Below, in pieces: positions 1 to 8,702 of a DNA stretch of 27,039 nucleotides; positions within the stretch are counted from its first letter, which is position 1, and every line of letters starts with the position of its first letter. Source of the DNA: an uncultured bacterium (GTDB lineage Bacteria; Bacteroidota; Bacteroidia; CAILMK01); contig CBDTVD010000001.1 in the NCBI GenBank assembly GCA_965363965.1, positions 1 to 27,039 on the forward strand, read 5' to 3'. The notes under the pieces were generated by a model. The model saw only the letters and a program-made list of their open reading frames with translations, searched no databases and was not told where the DNA came from. A program made the translations under genes and the position numbers.

Positions 1-1
1 G

Positions 2-1039
2 ACGGCGGAGGCGGCGCTGGAACAGTTCTATGGCAAAACAATCCTTGTGCTGAAAGATGAATTTCGCCGCAGCATCAGGGACCAGCTGCTGATTGAGCAG
101 ATGCAGAACAAAATAATAGGGGAGGTGACCATTGTACCCAGCGAGGTTCGGCGTTTCTATAACAGCTGGCCCAAGGACAGTTTGCCCCTGATTGATGCCG
201 AAGTAGAATTATCGCAGATTGTGATTTATCCCGCAATAACCCGGACGCAGCGCAGTGATGCCATTGACCAACTGAGGGAAATGCGGGCCGACATTGTGGC
301 TGGACGAAAGCAGTTTTCAACACTGGCCATTCTTTACAGTGAAGACCCTGGCTCTGCCATAAAAGGCGGTGACCTGGGGGTTCAATCCGTAGGGACGTAT
401 GTGCCTGAATTTGCCGCGGCTTGCTTAAGGCTGCAAAAGGATTCAATCAGCGACATCATCGAAACCCAGTTTGGTTTCCATATTCTGCAGATGATAGAGC
501 GCAAAGGCGACCTGGTGCACGTGAGGCATATACTCATCAAGCCAAAAATCACTGATGAATCGAAAAGGGAAGCTCGGATATTGATTGACAGCCTGCGCAA
601 TGCACTTTCAGCAAGTGACACTGTCAACTTTTCTGCGCTGGCAAAAAAGTACTCGAAAGATGAAGAAAGCCGGAAACGCGGCGGTGCATTGTTAAATCCC
701 CAAACCAACAGCAGCAGGCTCAGCACTAAAGAATTAGATGCCCAACTCTTTGTCGCCGTTGACAAATTGCAGCCCAAGCAAATCTCAGATGTTTCGGCTT
801 TCAAATCTCAGGATGGGCGTGATGGATATCGAATTCTCTATGTGGTCAGCAGGACAAAACCTCATACTGCCAACCTGACCGATGATTATAGCCTGCTGAA
901 AGATGCAGCAGTAAATCAAAAGCGGAACGCCAAACTTGAAGCTTGGATTGATGACTATTCAAAAACGGTGAATCTAAGCATCAAACCGCCTTACCACAAT
1001 TGTAATCAGCTAAAGCCCTACTTTTCAGGGCGACCTTAA
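2..1039 (+). CDS. surA: SurA-like periplasmic chaperone / parvulin peptidyl-prolyl isomerase, 5'-truncated by the window edge
   Basis: Frame is open from base 2 (TAEAALEQFYGKTILVLKDEFR...), upstream of the track's GTG at 47. Two parvulin-like repeats (FSTLAILYSEDPGS..GGDLG..PEF..ETQFGFHI; VRHILIKP..FSALAKKYSKD..GG). Adjacent to a MoxR gene. Confidence 0.88.
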   Translation, partial: TAEAALEQFYGKTILVLKDEFRRSIRDQLLIEQMQNKIIGEVTIVPSEVRRFYNSWPKDSLPLIDAEVELSQIVIYPAITRTQRSDAIDQLREMRADIVAGRKQFSTLAILYSEDPGSAIKGGDLGVQSVGTYVPEFAAACLRLQKDSISDIIETQFGFHILQMIERKGDLVHVRHILIKPKITDESKREARILIDSLRNALSASDTVNFSALAKKYSKDEESRKRGGALLNPQTNSSRLSTKELDAQLFVAVDKLQPKQISDVSAFKSQDGRDGYRILYVVSRTKPHTANLTDDYSLLKDAAVNQKRNAKLEAWIDDYSKTVNLSIKPPYHNCNQLKPYFSGRP

Positions 1040-1054
1040 TTTTTAAGATTGATA

Positions 1055-2020
1055 ATGCAAAATCCTAACGCTGACGTCGAGGCCATCAGTGGCCTGAACC
1101 GTTTATACGCCGACCTGAAAAATGAAATAGGCCAAATAATTGTCGGCCAAGAGGATGTTGTGCGCGATGTTCTGATTGCACTTTTCAGCCGAGGCCATTG
1201 CTTGCTAATCGGCGTGCCGGGCCTTGCCAAAACCCTCCTTGTTCAGACTATCGCTTCAGTTTTAGACCTGAAGTTCAGCCGAATCCAGTTTACACCTGAT
1301 TTAATGCCAAGTGACATTACAGGGAGTGAGATATTGGATGAGCGCAAGGAATTCAGGTTTATAAAAGGTCCCATATTCGGCAATATTGTTCTGGCAGATG
1401 AAATCAATCGCACTCCTCCCAAAACGCAATCTGCATTGCTTGAAGCCATGCAGGAAAAAAGCATAACAGTCAGTGGCAAGCGGCATGTGCTCACCGAGCC
1501 GTTCATTGTTTTGGCCACCCAAAACCCTATTGAGCAGGAAGGAACCTATCCATTGCCCGAGGCCCAGCTGGATAGATTCATGTTCAGCATAAAACTCGAT
1601 TACCCGACACTGCAGCAGGAATTGAAAATTGTGCAGAGTACCACAACAGACCGGAAGGTTGAGCTGCGCAAAATGATGAATGAAGAAACCATTGTGCGGT
1701 TTCAGCACCTCATCAGGCAGGTGCCAGTACCCGACAATGTGCTTGAGTATGCTGTAACGCTGGTAAACAAAACCCGGCTGTCCTCAGCGCTGGCACCGGC
1801 AGTAGTAAAAAACTATATAGATTGGGGTGCTGGCCCTCGCGCATCGCAAATGCTGGCCATTGGCGCAAAATGCCACGCAGTTTTCAATGGCAAATTTTCA
1901 CCGGATATTGAAGATGTCAAGGCTGTAGCGCTGCAGGTTCTTCGCCATCGGCTCGTGCTTAATTATAAGGCTGAAGCAGAAGGACTGACAATTGATGACA
2001 TCATCAGGCATCGGCTTTAA
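1055..2020 (+). CDS. moxR: MoxR-family AAA+ ATPase
   Basis: Walker A variant GVPGLAKT, RIQFTPDLMPSDITG, Walker B LADEINRTPPKTQSALLEAMQE, ATQNPIEQEGTYPLPEAQLDRF. ATG 1055 preferred over the track's TTG 1049. Confidence 0.93.
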   Translation: MQNPNADVEAISGLNRLYADLKNEIGQIIVGQEDVVRDVLIALFSRGHCLLIGVPGLAKTLLVQTIASVLDLKFSRIQFTPDLMPSDITGSEILDERKEFRFIKGPIFGNIVLADEINRTPPKTQSALLEAMQEKSITVSGKRHVLTEPFIVLATQNPIEQEGTYPLPEAQLDRFMFSIKLDYPTLQQELKIVQSTTTDRKVELRKMMNEETIVRFQHLIRQVPVPDNVLEYAVTLVNKTRLSSALAPAVVKNYIDWGAGPRASQMLAIGAKCHAVFNGKFSPDIEDVKAVALQVLRHRLVLNYKAEAEGLTIDDIIRHRL

Positions 2021-3387
2021 GGCTGCTGAAACTCGCTGGCTTTTCCATCGGGCTGGGCATCCATCAGCGGAAATCTTTTCTGGATGTAAACTGCGGCAGT
2101 AATGTCGCCTGTAACGTTGAGGACGGTTCGGCACATGTCCAGTAATCGGTCAACTCCGTAAATCAGGGCGATGCTTTCACCTGGCACCCCTACGCTAATC
2201 AAAATCAGCATAATCACTGGCAGGCTGCCCCCTGGCACCCCCGCTGTGCCTATGCCAGCCAGCACACACATCACCAGCACCAATACCTGGCTGGCCCAGC
2301 TGAGGTCAACATTGAAGCATTGGGCAAGGAAGAGCACAGTGATTCCCTCATAGAGCGCCGTTCCGTTTTGGTTGGCAGTTGAACCGATGGTGAGCACAAA
2401 ATTGGCAATTGACCGAGGGACTTTGAGGCGATTGATGGTTACATCAATTGCCGTGGGCAAGGTAGCATTGCTGCTGCTGGTGGAAAATGCTGTTGCCATC
2501 ACAGGTGCCACCGATTTAAAAAACCACCTTGGGCTCACTTTTGCCACCCATTTCAAAATAATGGAATAAGTGATGAATTGATGAAAAGCAAGCGCGCCGA
2601 CCACCACAAGCACATAGCGCAGCAGCACCACCAAAATTTCGCCCCCGATGCTGGCGACCAGGATAAACAGCAAGGCTGCGACACCGAATGGGGCCAGCTG
2701 CATGGCATAGCCTATCACCTTCATCACGATTACATAAAGTGCTTCGAGGACATCGCGCAGGGGTTTCACTTTGTCGGCAGGGCTTGCGCTCATGGCCAGC
2801 CCTACAATCAGAGCGAAGAACATGATTGCCAGCAAGCCGCCGCCGGTATAACTGGGGTCGAATGCACGGGCCATGTCTTCAATCGGGTTCTTGGGGACGA
2901 TATTTACCAGCACTTCCATCACACTGCGGCCATGTACACTTGCTGCATTGGCCGAAACCTGCTCTGCCTGCTCACTGAAACGTGTTTCGAGGTACTCGCG
3001 CTGGCTTGCCCCCAAACCTGCACCAGGCTGAAAAAGGGTAACTGCTGCAAAGCCTATCCCTACTGAGACACCCGTTACAACGATGGTGTACATCAGCATC
3101 CTGAGCCCGATGCGGCCCACTTTGCTCAAATCCCCTAAATCGCTGATGCCTAAAATCAGGGCACTCAGCAGCAATGGGATCACCATCATAAAAATCATGC
3201 GGAGAAATATGTCGCCGATGGGTTTTACATAAGAGATAATGGTCTCTATGGTCTCAGGGTCAGTTACATTGCTTCTGACAATCAAGCCGGCCGCGACACC
3301 GAGGAGCATGCCCAATAAAATTCGGGTATGCAGGCTAATATTAAGGAATGATTTGCGGGATACCTCGTTCCCTTGTTCGATGTCCAT
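2017..3387 (-). CDS. Dicarboxylate/amino acid:cation symporter (DAACS, GltP/GltT-like)
   Basis: FLRMIFMMVIPL, HP1 AFSTSSSNATLP, TM7 GSTANQNGTALY, HP2 AGIGTAGVPGG, TM8 GVDRLLDMCRTVLNVTGD. Confidence 0.93.
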   Translation of the reverse strand: MDIEQGNEVSRKSFLNISLHTRILLGMLLGVAAGLIVRSNVTDPETIETIISYVKPIGDIFLRMIFMMVIPLLLSALILGISDLGDLSKVGRIGLRMLMYTIVVTGVSVGIGFAAVTLFQPGAGLGASQREYLETRFSEQAEQVSANAASVHGRSVMEVLVNIVPKNPIEDMARAFDPSYTGGGLLAIMFFALIVGLAMSASPADKVKPLRDVLEALYVIVMKVIGYAMQLAPFGVAALLFILVASIGGEILVVLLRYVLVVVGALAFHQFITYSIILKWVAKVSPRWFFKSVAPVMATAFSTSSSNATLPTAIDVTINRLKVPRSIANFVLTIGSTANQNGTALYEGITVLFLAQCFNVDLSWASQVLVLVMCVLAGIGTAGVPGGSLPVIMLILISVGVPGESIALIYGVDRLLDMCRTVLNVTGDITAAVYIQKRFPLMDAQPDGKASEFQQP

Positions 3388-3393
3388 TCAGTG

Positions 3394-3438
3394 TCTTGCT
3401 GTCAAAAGTACCCAGCAACCTGCCCCCCGACAGCAAGA
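3394..3438. repeat. Perfect 10-bp inverted repeat TCTTGCTGTC / GACAGCAAGA with a 25-nt spacer
   Basis: Arms at 3394-3403 and 3429-3438, read directly from the sequence. Confidence 0.85.
3403..3410 (-). promoter_or_regulatory. Bacteroidota -7 promoter element (TACTTTTG) upstream of the DAACS gene
   Basis: Exact match to TAnnTTTG, 15 nt upstream of ATG 3387. Confidence 0.55.
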
Positions 3439-3443
3439 GTTAT

Positions 3444-5180
3444 TCATTTGCCACTCGGCATTGCCCTTAGTTTACTGTGCCTGCGGCTATAACCAAAATA
3501 GACCGCCAGGCCAATGACCAGCCAGATGCCAAAGCGCATCCAGTTTACATGGCCGAGCTCGGTCATCAGGTAAAGGCAGCTGAGTACCCCAAGCATGGGA
3601 ATCAATGATAAACGATATCGAATGCAGAGATAATTAATGGCGGCAATGCTTACCATAAACACCCAGTAAGGAAGATTGACAATGAATTGGGTTGCGCCCC
3701 CAGGGATTGCTCCGTTTGCAGTAAGGGTTTTATTTCCAAAGAATAAGGCAAGATTATCGTATCCGAGGATGGCGACCAGTAAAATGCCTGCGACAGTCAA
3801 AAAGGGTATAACCCACCGGCTGCTGAAGTAGGGAACTTTAAAGGCCCCTGGATGATGTTCTACGCTTCGATAATGGTTTAGGGCAACACCGCCGCATACC
3901 AAAATAAAGGCGAAGAGTGTGCCTATTACTCCCAGGTCAGTTACCTCTGTAAGGTTCATGAATAAGGCAGGTATCGCCACCAGAAATCCTGTGAGGATGG
4001 TAGCAAAACTCGGAGTTTTAAATCGGGGATGTACTCGTGCAAAAATCGGGGGCAGCAACCCATCGCGACCCATGCTCATCCATATTCTGGGCTGGCCCAG
4101 CTGAAAAACCAGCAGCACACTGGCCATCGCTACAATTGCACTTACAGCAATCACATAACTAAACCAATCAAGGCCAACCTGGGTAAACACGAAAGCAACT
4201 GGGTCATCCACGCCCAGATTCATATAAGGAACCATGCCAGTGAGCACAAGCGCTATCAGTACATAGAGCACAGTGCAAACCAGCAGACTCAGCAAAATGC
4301 TCTTCGGCATGTCTCGGCGTGGATTTATCGCTTCCTCTGATGTGGTGCTGATGGCATCGAAACCTATGTAGGCAAAAAAGACGGCTGCCACCCCTGACAT
4401 CACTCCGCCAAACCCCTGCGGGGCAAAGGGGCTCCAGTTTTCAGGTTGGATGTAGAAAAAACCCACAACAATCACAGCCAGAATGATGAGGAGTTTCAGG
4501 CCAACCAAAACGTTGCTTGCGATGCGGCTTTCTCTGATGCCAACATATACCAGGGCGGTAATCAGCACCACGATTCCCAGTGCGGGCAAGTCTGCAATTA
4601 TTCTTAAGCTGCCGATTTGGGGTGCCGTGGTCCATGCCAGGTATGCCTCACGGAGATTGGGCGCCAGGGAAGAAAGTTCTATTTTTCCAGCGGAGCTGGA
4701 TATATCGGTGAAACTGCGATACGCCGTCAGGTAATCCATTTGCAGCCAATATGGAAAGTGAATTCCAATTCCCTGCAGCAATCCGGTAAAATATCCGCTC
4801 CATGAAATGGCCACTGCAATATTGCCGATTGCATACTCCAGCACCAGGTCCCACCCGATAATCCACGCAAAAAGTTCCCCGAAAGAGACGTAGGCATATG
4901 TGTAGGCGCTGCCGGCAATGGGAATTCGGCTGGCGAATTCGGCATAGCACAGTGCGGCAAAGCAGCAAGCCAGGGCAGTAAAAATAAATAATAGTGCAAT
5001 GGCGGGCCCACCTGCCGCTGCAGCATTTCCGATAGTGCTGAAAATGCCTGCACCTATTATGGCGGCAATACCCAGCCCCGTCAGGTCAGCCAGCCTCAGG
5101 CTTCTGCGCAAACTGTGGGCGCCCTCAGTTTCCACGGCCAGGGATATGTCTTTTTTTCGCGTCAGGCTCTGCCAATTCAT
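3444..5180 (-). CDS. APC-superfamily amino acid permease (CAT/ApcT-like), paralog 1
   Basis: TM1 GIAAIIGAGIF, YAEFASRIPIAGSAYTY, TM6 FFAYIGFDAIST, LGQPRIWMSMGRDGLLP. Start placed at ATG 5180 (MNWQSLTRKK); the track's extension to 5345 is low-complexity intergenic sequence. Confidence 0.92.
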   Translation of the reverse strand: MNWQSLTRKKDISLAVETEGAHSLRRSLRLADLTGLGIAAIIGAGIFSTIGNAAAAGGPAIALLFIFTALACCFAALCYAEFASRIPIAGSAYTYAYVSFGELFAWIIGWDLVLEYAIGNIAVAISWSGYFTGLLQGIGIHFPYWLQMDYLTAYRSFTDISSSAGKIELSSLAPNLREAYLAWTTAPQIGSLRIIADLPALGIVVLITALVYVGIRESRIASNVLVGLKLLIILAVIVVGFFYIQPENWSPFAPQGFGGVMSGVAAVFFAYIGFDAISTTSEEAINPRRDMPKSILLSLLVCTVLYVLIALVLTGMVPYMNLGVDDPVAFVFTQVGLDWFSYVIAVSAIVAMASVLLVFQLGQPRIWMSMGRDGLLPPIFARVHPRFKTPSFATILTGFLVAIPALFMNLTEVTDLGVIGTLFAFILVCGGVALNHYRSVEHHPGAFKVPYFSSRWVIPFLTVAGILLVAILGYDNLALFFGNKTLTANGAIPGGATQFIVNLPYWVFMVSIAAINYLCIRYRLSLIPMLGVLSCLYLMTELGHVNWMRFGIWLVIGLAVYFGYSRRHSKLRAMPSGK

Positions 5181-5190
5181 TGCATTCGGG

Positions 5191-5198
5191 CGAAGGTA
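5191..5198 (-). promoter_or_regulatory. Candidate -7 element variant (TACCTTCG) for APC permease 1
   Basis: One mismatch to TAnnTTTG, 10 nt upstream of ATG 5180. Confidence 0.35.
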
Positions 5199-5327
5199 TA
5201 TCCCTGGGGTTATTACCGCGAAAAGCAAAAATGGGTTACCGATAGGGCTGGAAAAGTGTTTTGACTTAACCATATGATAATGCTTCAATTTTGCCCCGGG
5301 TAGGCTGGGTATCGCCCGCCATCCCCT

Positions 5328-5335
5328 TATTTTTG
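5328..5335 (+). promoter_or_regulatory. Bacteroidota -7 promoter element (TATTTTTG) for the exbB operon
   Basis: Exact TAnnTTTG followed by CC, about 100 nt upstream of ATG 5437. Confidence 0.55.
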
Positions 5336-5436
5336 CCACGCCCACGGCGACTGCCGGCCATCAGGCTGTCAGAAATAAAATTCGCTCCGTCGGCTCTGAT
5401 TCCAAGAAATAACACTTTAAAACTGAATCCATAAGC

Positions 5437-6285
5437 ATGCAACAGACAAAAAGTGGCGCTACGCTCAACGAAAGCCTGCGCTCCTGGTTTGCCATCATCG
5501 TCATCATCGCTGGCCTGGCAGTCGCTCACATCATTTTCCACACGGTTTTTGGTGCAGACGACAACTTCATCGACAATAACCCCGAAAATGCAGCTAAAGG
5601 CGGCAACATGATGGGCACAATTTATAAAGGCGGCTGGGTTGTGCCAGTGCTGATGTCCACCACAATCATTTTGCTGGTGTTTATCATCGAGCGGTTTATC
5701 ACCCTTCAGCGGGCCAATGGAAAAGGAAGCATAGTTGGCTTTCTGCGCAAAATCAAGAGCCAGCTGGGTGCCAACCAGATTGACGCTGCAATAGCTGAGA
5801 GCGACCGCCAAAAAGGCTCTGTGGCCAATGTGGTGCAGGCTGGCCTGAGGAAATATAAAGACGTTACTGCTGACCCAAGTCTGAACACTGAGGAAAAATC
5901 TGCGGCAATAACCAAAGAACTGGAAGAAGCAACAAGCCTGGAACTGCCCATGCTGGAGCGGAATCTTGTCATCATTGCCACCATCGCCTCCATTTCAACA
6001 CTTCTCGGGTTGTTTGGTACTGTACTGGGGATGATCAGGGCATTTGCGGCACTGGCCCAGGCTGGTCAGCCAGACCCAGTTGCCCTATCTGAAGGTATCT
6101 CTGAGGCACTCATCAATACTGCACTGGGTATTGGAACCTCGGCCATTGCCATCATTGCCTACAATTCGTTCACATCCAAAATTGATGTGCTGACTTACCG
6201 CATTGACGAAGCAGGATTCAGCATTTCACAGTCGCTTGCTGAAAAGGCTGCCCATGTAAAAACGGCTGGCCAGCCAGTGGCATAA
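5437..6285 (+). CDS. exbB: MotA/TolQ/ExbB proton channel protein
   Basis: LERNLVIIATIASISTLLGLFGTVLGMIRAF and GISEALINTALGI motifs; first gene of an exbB-exbD-exbD-tonB run. Confidence 0.93.
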   Translation: MQQTKSGATLNESLRSWFAIIVIIAGLAVAHIIFHTVFGADDNFIDNNPENAAKGGNMMGTIYKGGWVVPVLMSTTIILLVFIIERFITLQRANGKGSIVGFLRKIKSQLGANQIDAAIAESDRQKGSVANVVQAGLRKYKDVTADPSLNTEEKSAAITKELEEATSLELPMLERNLVIIATIASISTLLGLFGTVLGMIRAFAALAQAGQPDPVALSEGISEALINTALGIGTSAIAIIAYNSFTSKIDVLTYRIDEAGFSISQSLAEKAAHVKTAGQPVA

Positions 6286-6307
6286 TAATAGAGGGGGAGA
6301 AAAGGCA

Positions 6308-6940
6308 ATGCCTAAAATCAAGCTACCCAGGAGCAGCCCCAGCCTCGACATGACGCCGATGGTTGACCTCGCATTCCTGCTGGTTACCTTCTTTATGCTG
6401 ACAACCCAGTTTAGGGCTGATGAGCCTGTGGAAGTAACCACACCGAGCTCCATTTCTGAAATCAGCTATCCAGAAAAGAATGTCCTCACCATTACCGTGG
6501 ACAATGAAGGACGCGTTTTTATGGACATGGACAACAAGTATAACCGCAAGGAATTAATACTGAAAATGGGCGAGGAATATGGCATCGCCTTTTCTGAGGA
6601 CGAGGCCAACACCTTTGCCGTTTTGAAAACCTTTGGGGTGCCGCTGCAAAACATGAAACAGTTTTTGGGAACCGAGCCTGAAGAGCGCAAAAAAATCGTT
6701 CAGCCAGGCATTCCAGTAGATACCGCCATCAGCAAAAACAATCAGCTTGCCTATTGGGTGCTGAAGGCGCGCGGAATCAATCGCGGCTTGCGCATCGGTA
6801 TCAAGGGCGACCAAAATGCAGATTATGAGGTGATAAAGGATGTGATGAACACCCTGCAGGACAAACGGCTTAATGTAAATCGTTTTAACCTGATAACCAA
6901 TCCCGAGGCAGGCGCTGAGCCGCTTGCCGCCAAGCAATAG
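6308..6940 (+). CDS. exbD: Biopolymer transport protein ExbD/TolR, copy 1
   Basis: LDMTPMVDLAFLLVTFFMLTTQF transmembrane motif with the conserved Asp; IKGDQNADYEVIKDVMNTL. Confidence 0.92.
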   Translation: MPKIKLPRSSPSLDMTPMVDLAFLLVTFFMLTTQFRADEPVEVTTPSSISEISYPEKNVLTITVDNEGRVFMDMDNKYNRKELILKMGEEYGIAFSEDEANTFAVLKTFGVPLQNMKQFLGTEPEERKKIVQPGIPVDTAISKNNQLAYWVLKARGINRGLRIGIKGDQNADYEVIKDVMNTLQDKRLNVNRFNLITNPEAGAEPLAAKQ

Positions 6941-6986
6941 CCACTATTTTCAGCTCCATAACAGAAAATTATTTAAACAACAGGAA

Positions 6987-7523
6987 ATGGGAGAAGTATC
7001 AGGCGGCGGCGGCGGCGGAGGCCACAAAAAAGGCGGCGCACCAAAAGCAAAGAAAATGTCGACACACATCGACATGACACCAATGGTGGACCTTGCGTTT
7101 TTGCTGCTGACTTTTTTTATGCTGGCTACCACATTCAACAAACCAAAGGCAATGGAAATCATCATGCCTGAAGAACCAGAAAATCCAGAGGTGGATGCAC
7201 CTGTGGTTGCGGCTGAACGGGTGCTGAACGTGCTGGCCGGTGAAAACAATAAACTCTATTGGTACGTAGGCCTGGATAATCCTCAGCCTGTCAAATCAAA
7301 TTATTCACCTTCTGGCATCCGGCAGGTATTAATGGATAAGGGGCGGGAAATAACCGCCAGATTTCCTGACAAAGGGATGATTGTACTGATGAAAATTAGC
7401 GACAAGGCCAAGTATAAAAACATGGTCGATTTGTTTGACGAAATGAATGTCACCAAACAGAAAAGCTATGCACTGGTGCCAATTACCCCTGATGAAGTGA
7501 AACTTTTGGACGAGCAGCCTTAA
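6987..7523 (+). CDS. exbD: Biopolymer transport protein ExbD/TolR, copy 2
   Basis: Gly/Lys-rich N-terminus, IDMTPMVDLAFLLLTFFMLATTF, AKYKNMVDLFDEM. ATG 6987 avoids overlap with copy 1. Confidence 0.92.
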   Translation: MGEVSGGGGGGGHKKGGAPKAKKMSTHIDMTPMVDLAFLLLTFFMLATTFNKPKAMEIIMPEEPENPEVDAPVVAAERVLNVLAGENNKLYWYVGLDNPQPVKSNYSPSGIRQVLMDKGREITARFPDKGMIVLMKISDKAKYKNMVDLFDEMNVTKQKSYALVPITPDEVKLLDEQP

Positions 7524-7544
7524 ACACCCCTTATCACAATCAAG

Positions 7545-8339
7545 ATGCAAACCATTCAGCTCCAAAACGCCTCATTTGACGACATTGTCTTTGAGGGCAA
7601 AAACAAAACCTACGGTGCTTATCTGATAAGGCAGCGTTCCAACAGGGCAACCATGACTGCTTTAGGCATTTCGGTGGCCATATTTCTCCTCGCTGTCTTT
7701 CTGCCGCGCATCATTTCGGCGCTGACACCTGAAGAAGTAATCGTCAACACTGGCCCTGTCGAGGTTGTAACGGCACTCGATGCCCCGCCGCCATTGGACG
7801 ATGCTACACCGCCACCCCCAGTCGATATTCCGCCGCCCGCCAAAACAATCCAGTTTGTGGCCCCCAAGGTAGAAGAGAATGTAGTGGAAAAAGAAGAAGT
7901 GGTTCTTGATGTGGAAGAGGCCAAAACAACAGTTACAAGCACAGTGACAAATGAGGGGCCTGCCACCGTACAGATAGATTTGAATCAAAAGGTAGAGGTG
8001 GTGGTGCCTGACCCGCCCAAAGTATTGAGCTTTGTAAACGTGGAACAGAAGCCCAGTTTCCCTGGGGGTGATGCCGCATTTTTCAAATACCTGGGTGAAA
8101 ACATCAATTACCCCACGTTTGCTTTGGAGAGTGAAATCCAGGGCCGAGTGTTGGTTTCTTTCACCATTTCTGAAAGCGGGGCAATAACCAATGCCCGTGT
8201 GGTGAAGGGAATCGGCGGCGGGTGCGATGAAGAAGCACTGAGGGTTATCAAGACCATGCCTGCCTGGAGCCCTGGAAAACAAAACGGGCGGCCTGTAACG
8301 GTTACGCACACCCTGCCGGTCCTTTTCAGGCTGCAGTAA
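7545..8339 (+). CDS. tonB: Energy transducer TonB
   Basis: N-terminal FDDIVFEGKNKTYGAY motif, one TM helix, Pro-rich linker (APPPLDDATPPPP), TonB C-domain (YPTFALESEIQGRVLVSFTI..EEALRVIK.MP.W.PG.QNG.PV.V). Confidence 0.93.
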   Translation: MQTIQLQNASFDDIVFEGKNKTYGAYLIRQRSNRATMTALGISVAIFLLAVFLPRIISALTPEEVIVNTGPVEVVTALDAPPPLDDATPPPPVDIPPPAKTIQFVAPKVEENVVEKEEVVLDVEEAKTTVTSTVTNEGPATVQIDLNQKVEVVVPDPPKVLSFVNVEQKPSFPGGDAAFFKYLGENINYPTFALESEIQGRVLVSFTISESGAITNARVVKGIGGGCDEEALRVIKTMPAWSPGKQNGRPVTVTHTLPVLFRLQ

Positions 8340-8462
8340 TGCGATTATCCCCCTGATGGGAATAGTCAAAAAAAAAAAAATTATCAAAATGCATCAGGCC
8401 TGCTTTTCCAACTTTGGAGGGGTGGGCTTTGATTTTCAAAGTCTAAAAACAACCTGAACCTT

Positions 8463-8702
8463 TTGAAATCTCAATATTTCCGCGCTTCATCCATCCTGTT
8501 TGCCATTGCCTTCACTGTCATCGGGATTTTACTGCTGACATGGCCCGAGCTTTTTAAGAAGTATGACCTCTCACCCCGAGGGCGAAGCATAGGGGGCGTG
8601 GTTCTGTTGCTCTATGGCGTTTTTCGGGGTGTCATGGTTTGGCAAGGCTTTTATAAGTTTAAGCGGAATGCCGATGAAGACCCGAAAAATCCCAGCGCAT
8701 AA
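8463..8702 (+). CDS. Small two-TM hypothetical membrane protein
   Basis: 79 aa, TTG start, two hydrophobic helices (SILFAIAFTVIGILLLTW; IGGVVLLLYGVFRGVMVW); fills the gap between tonB and the binding protein on the same strand. Confidence 0.6.
   Translation: MKSQYFRASSILFAIAFTVIGILLLTWPELFKKYDLSPRGRSIGGVVLLLYGVFRGVMVWQGFYKFKRNADEDPKNPSA

Noticed and set aside
5275-5294. Fur-box-like TGATAATGCTTCAAT upstream of the exbB operon
   Set aside because: Only one half-site matches (about 11 of 19 to the classical consensus by eye); not enough support.
5181-5345. 55-aa N-terminal extension of APC permease 1 in the ORF track
   Set aside because: No family similarity; overlaps the divergent promoter region; a -7-like element points to ATG 5180.
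7002-7022. (GGC)n tract encoding Gly7 in exbD copy 2
   Set aside because: In-frame low-complexity linker; Gly-rich N-termini are usual in this ExbD type.
7662-8387. 241-aa antisense ORF over tonB, and similar shadows (2578-3066, 5266-5811, 19438-19947, 23965-24555)
   Set aside because: All lie opposite well-supported genes, with no recognisable motifs; expected at about 50% GC.
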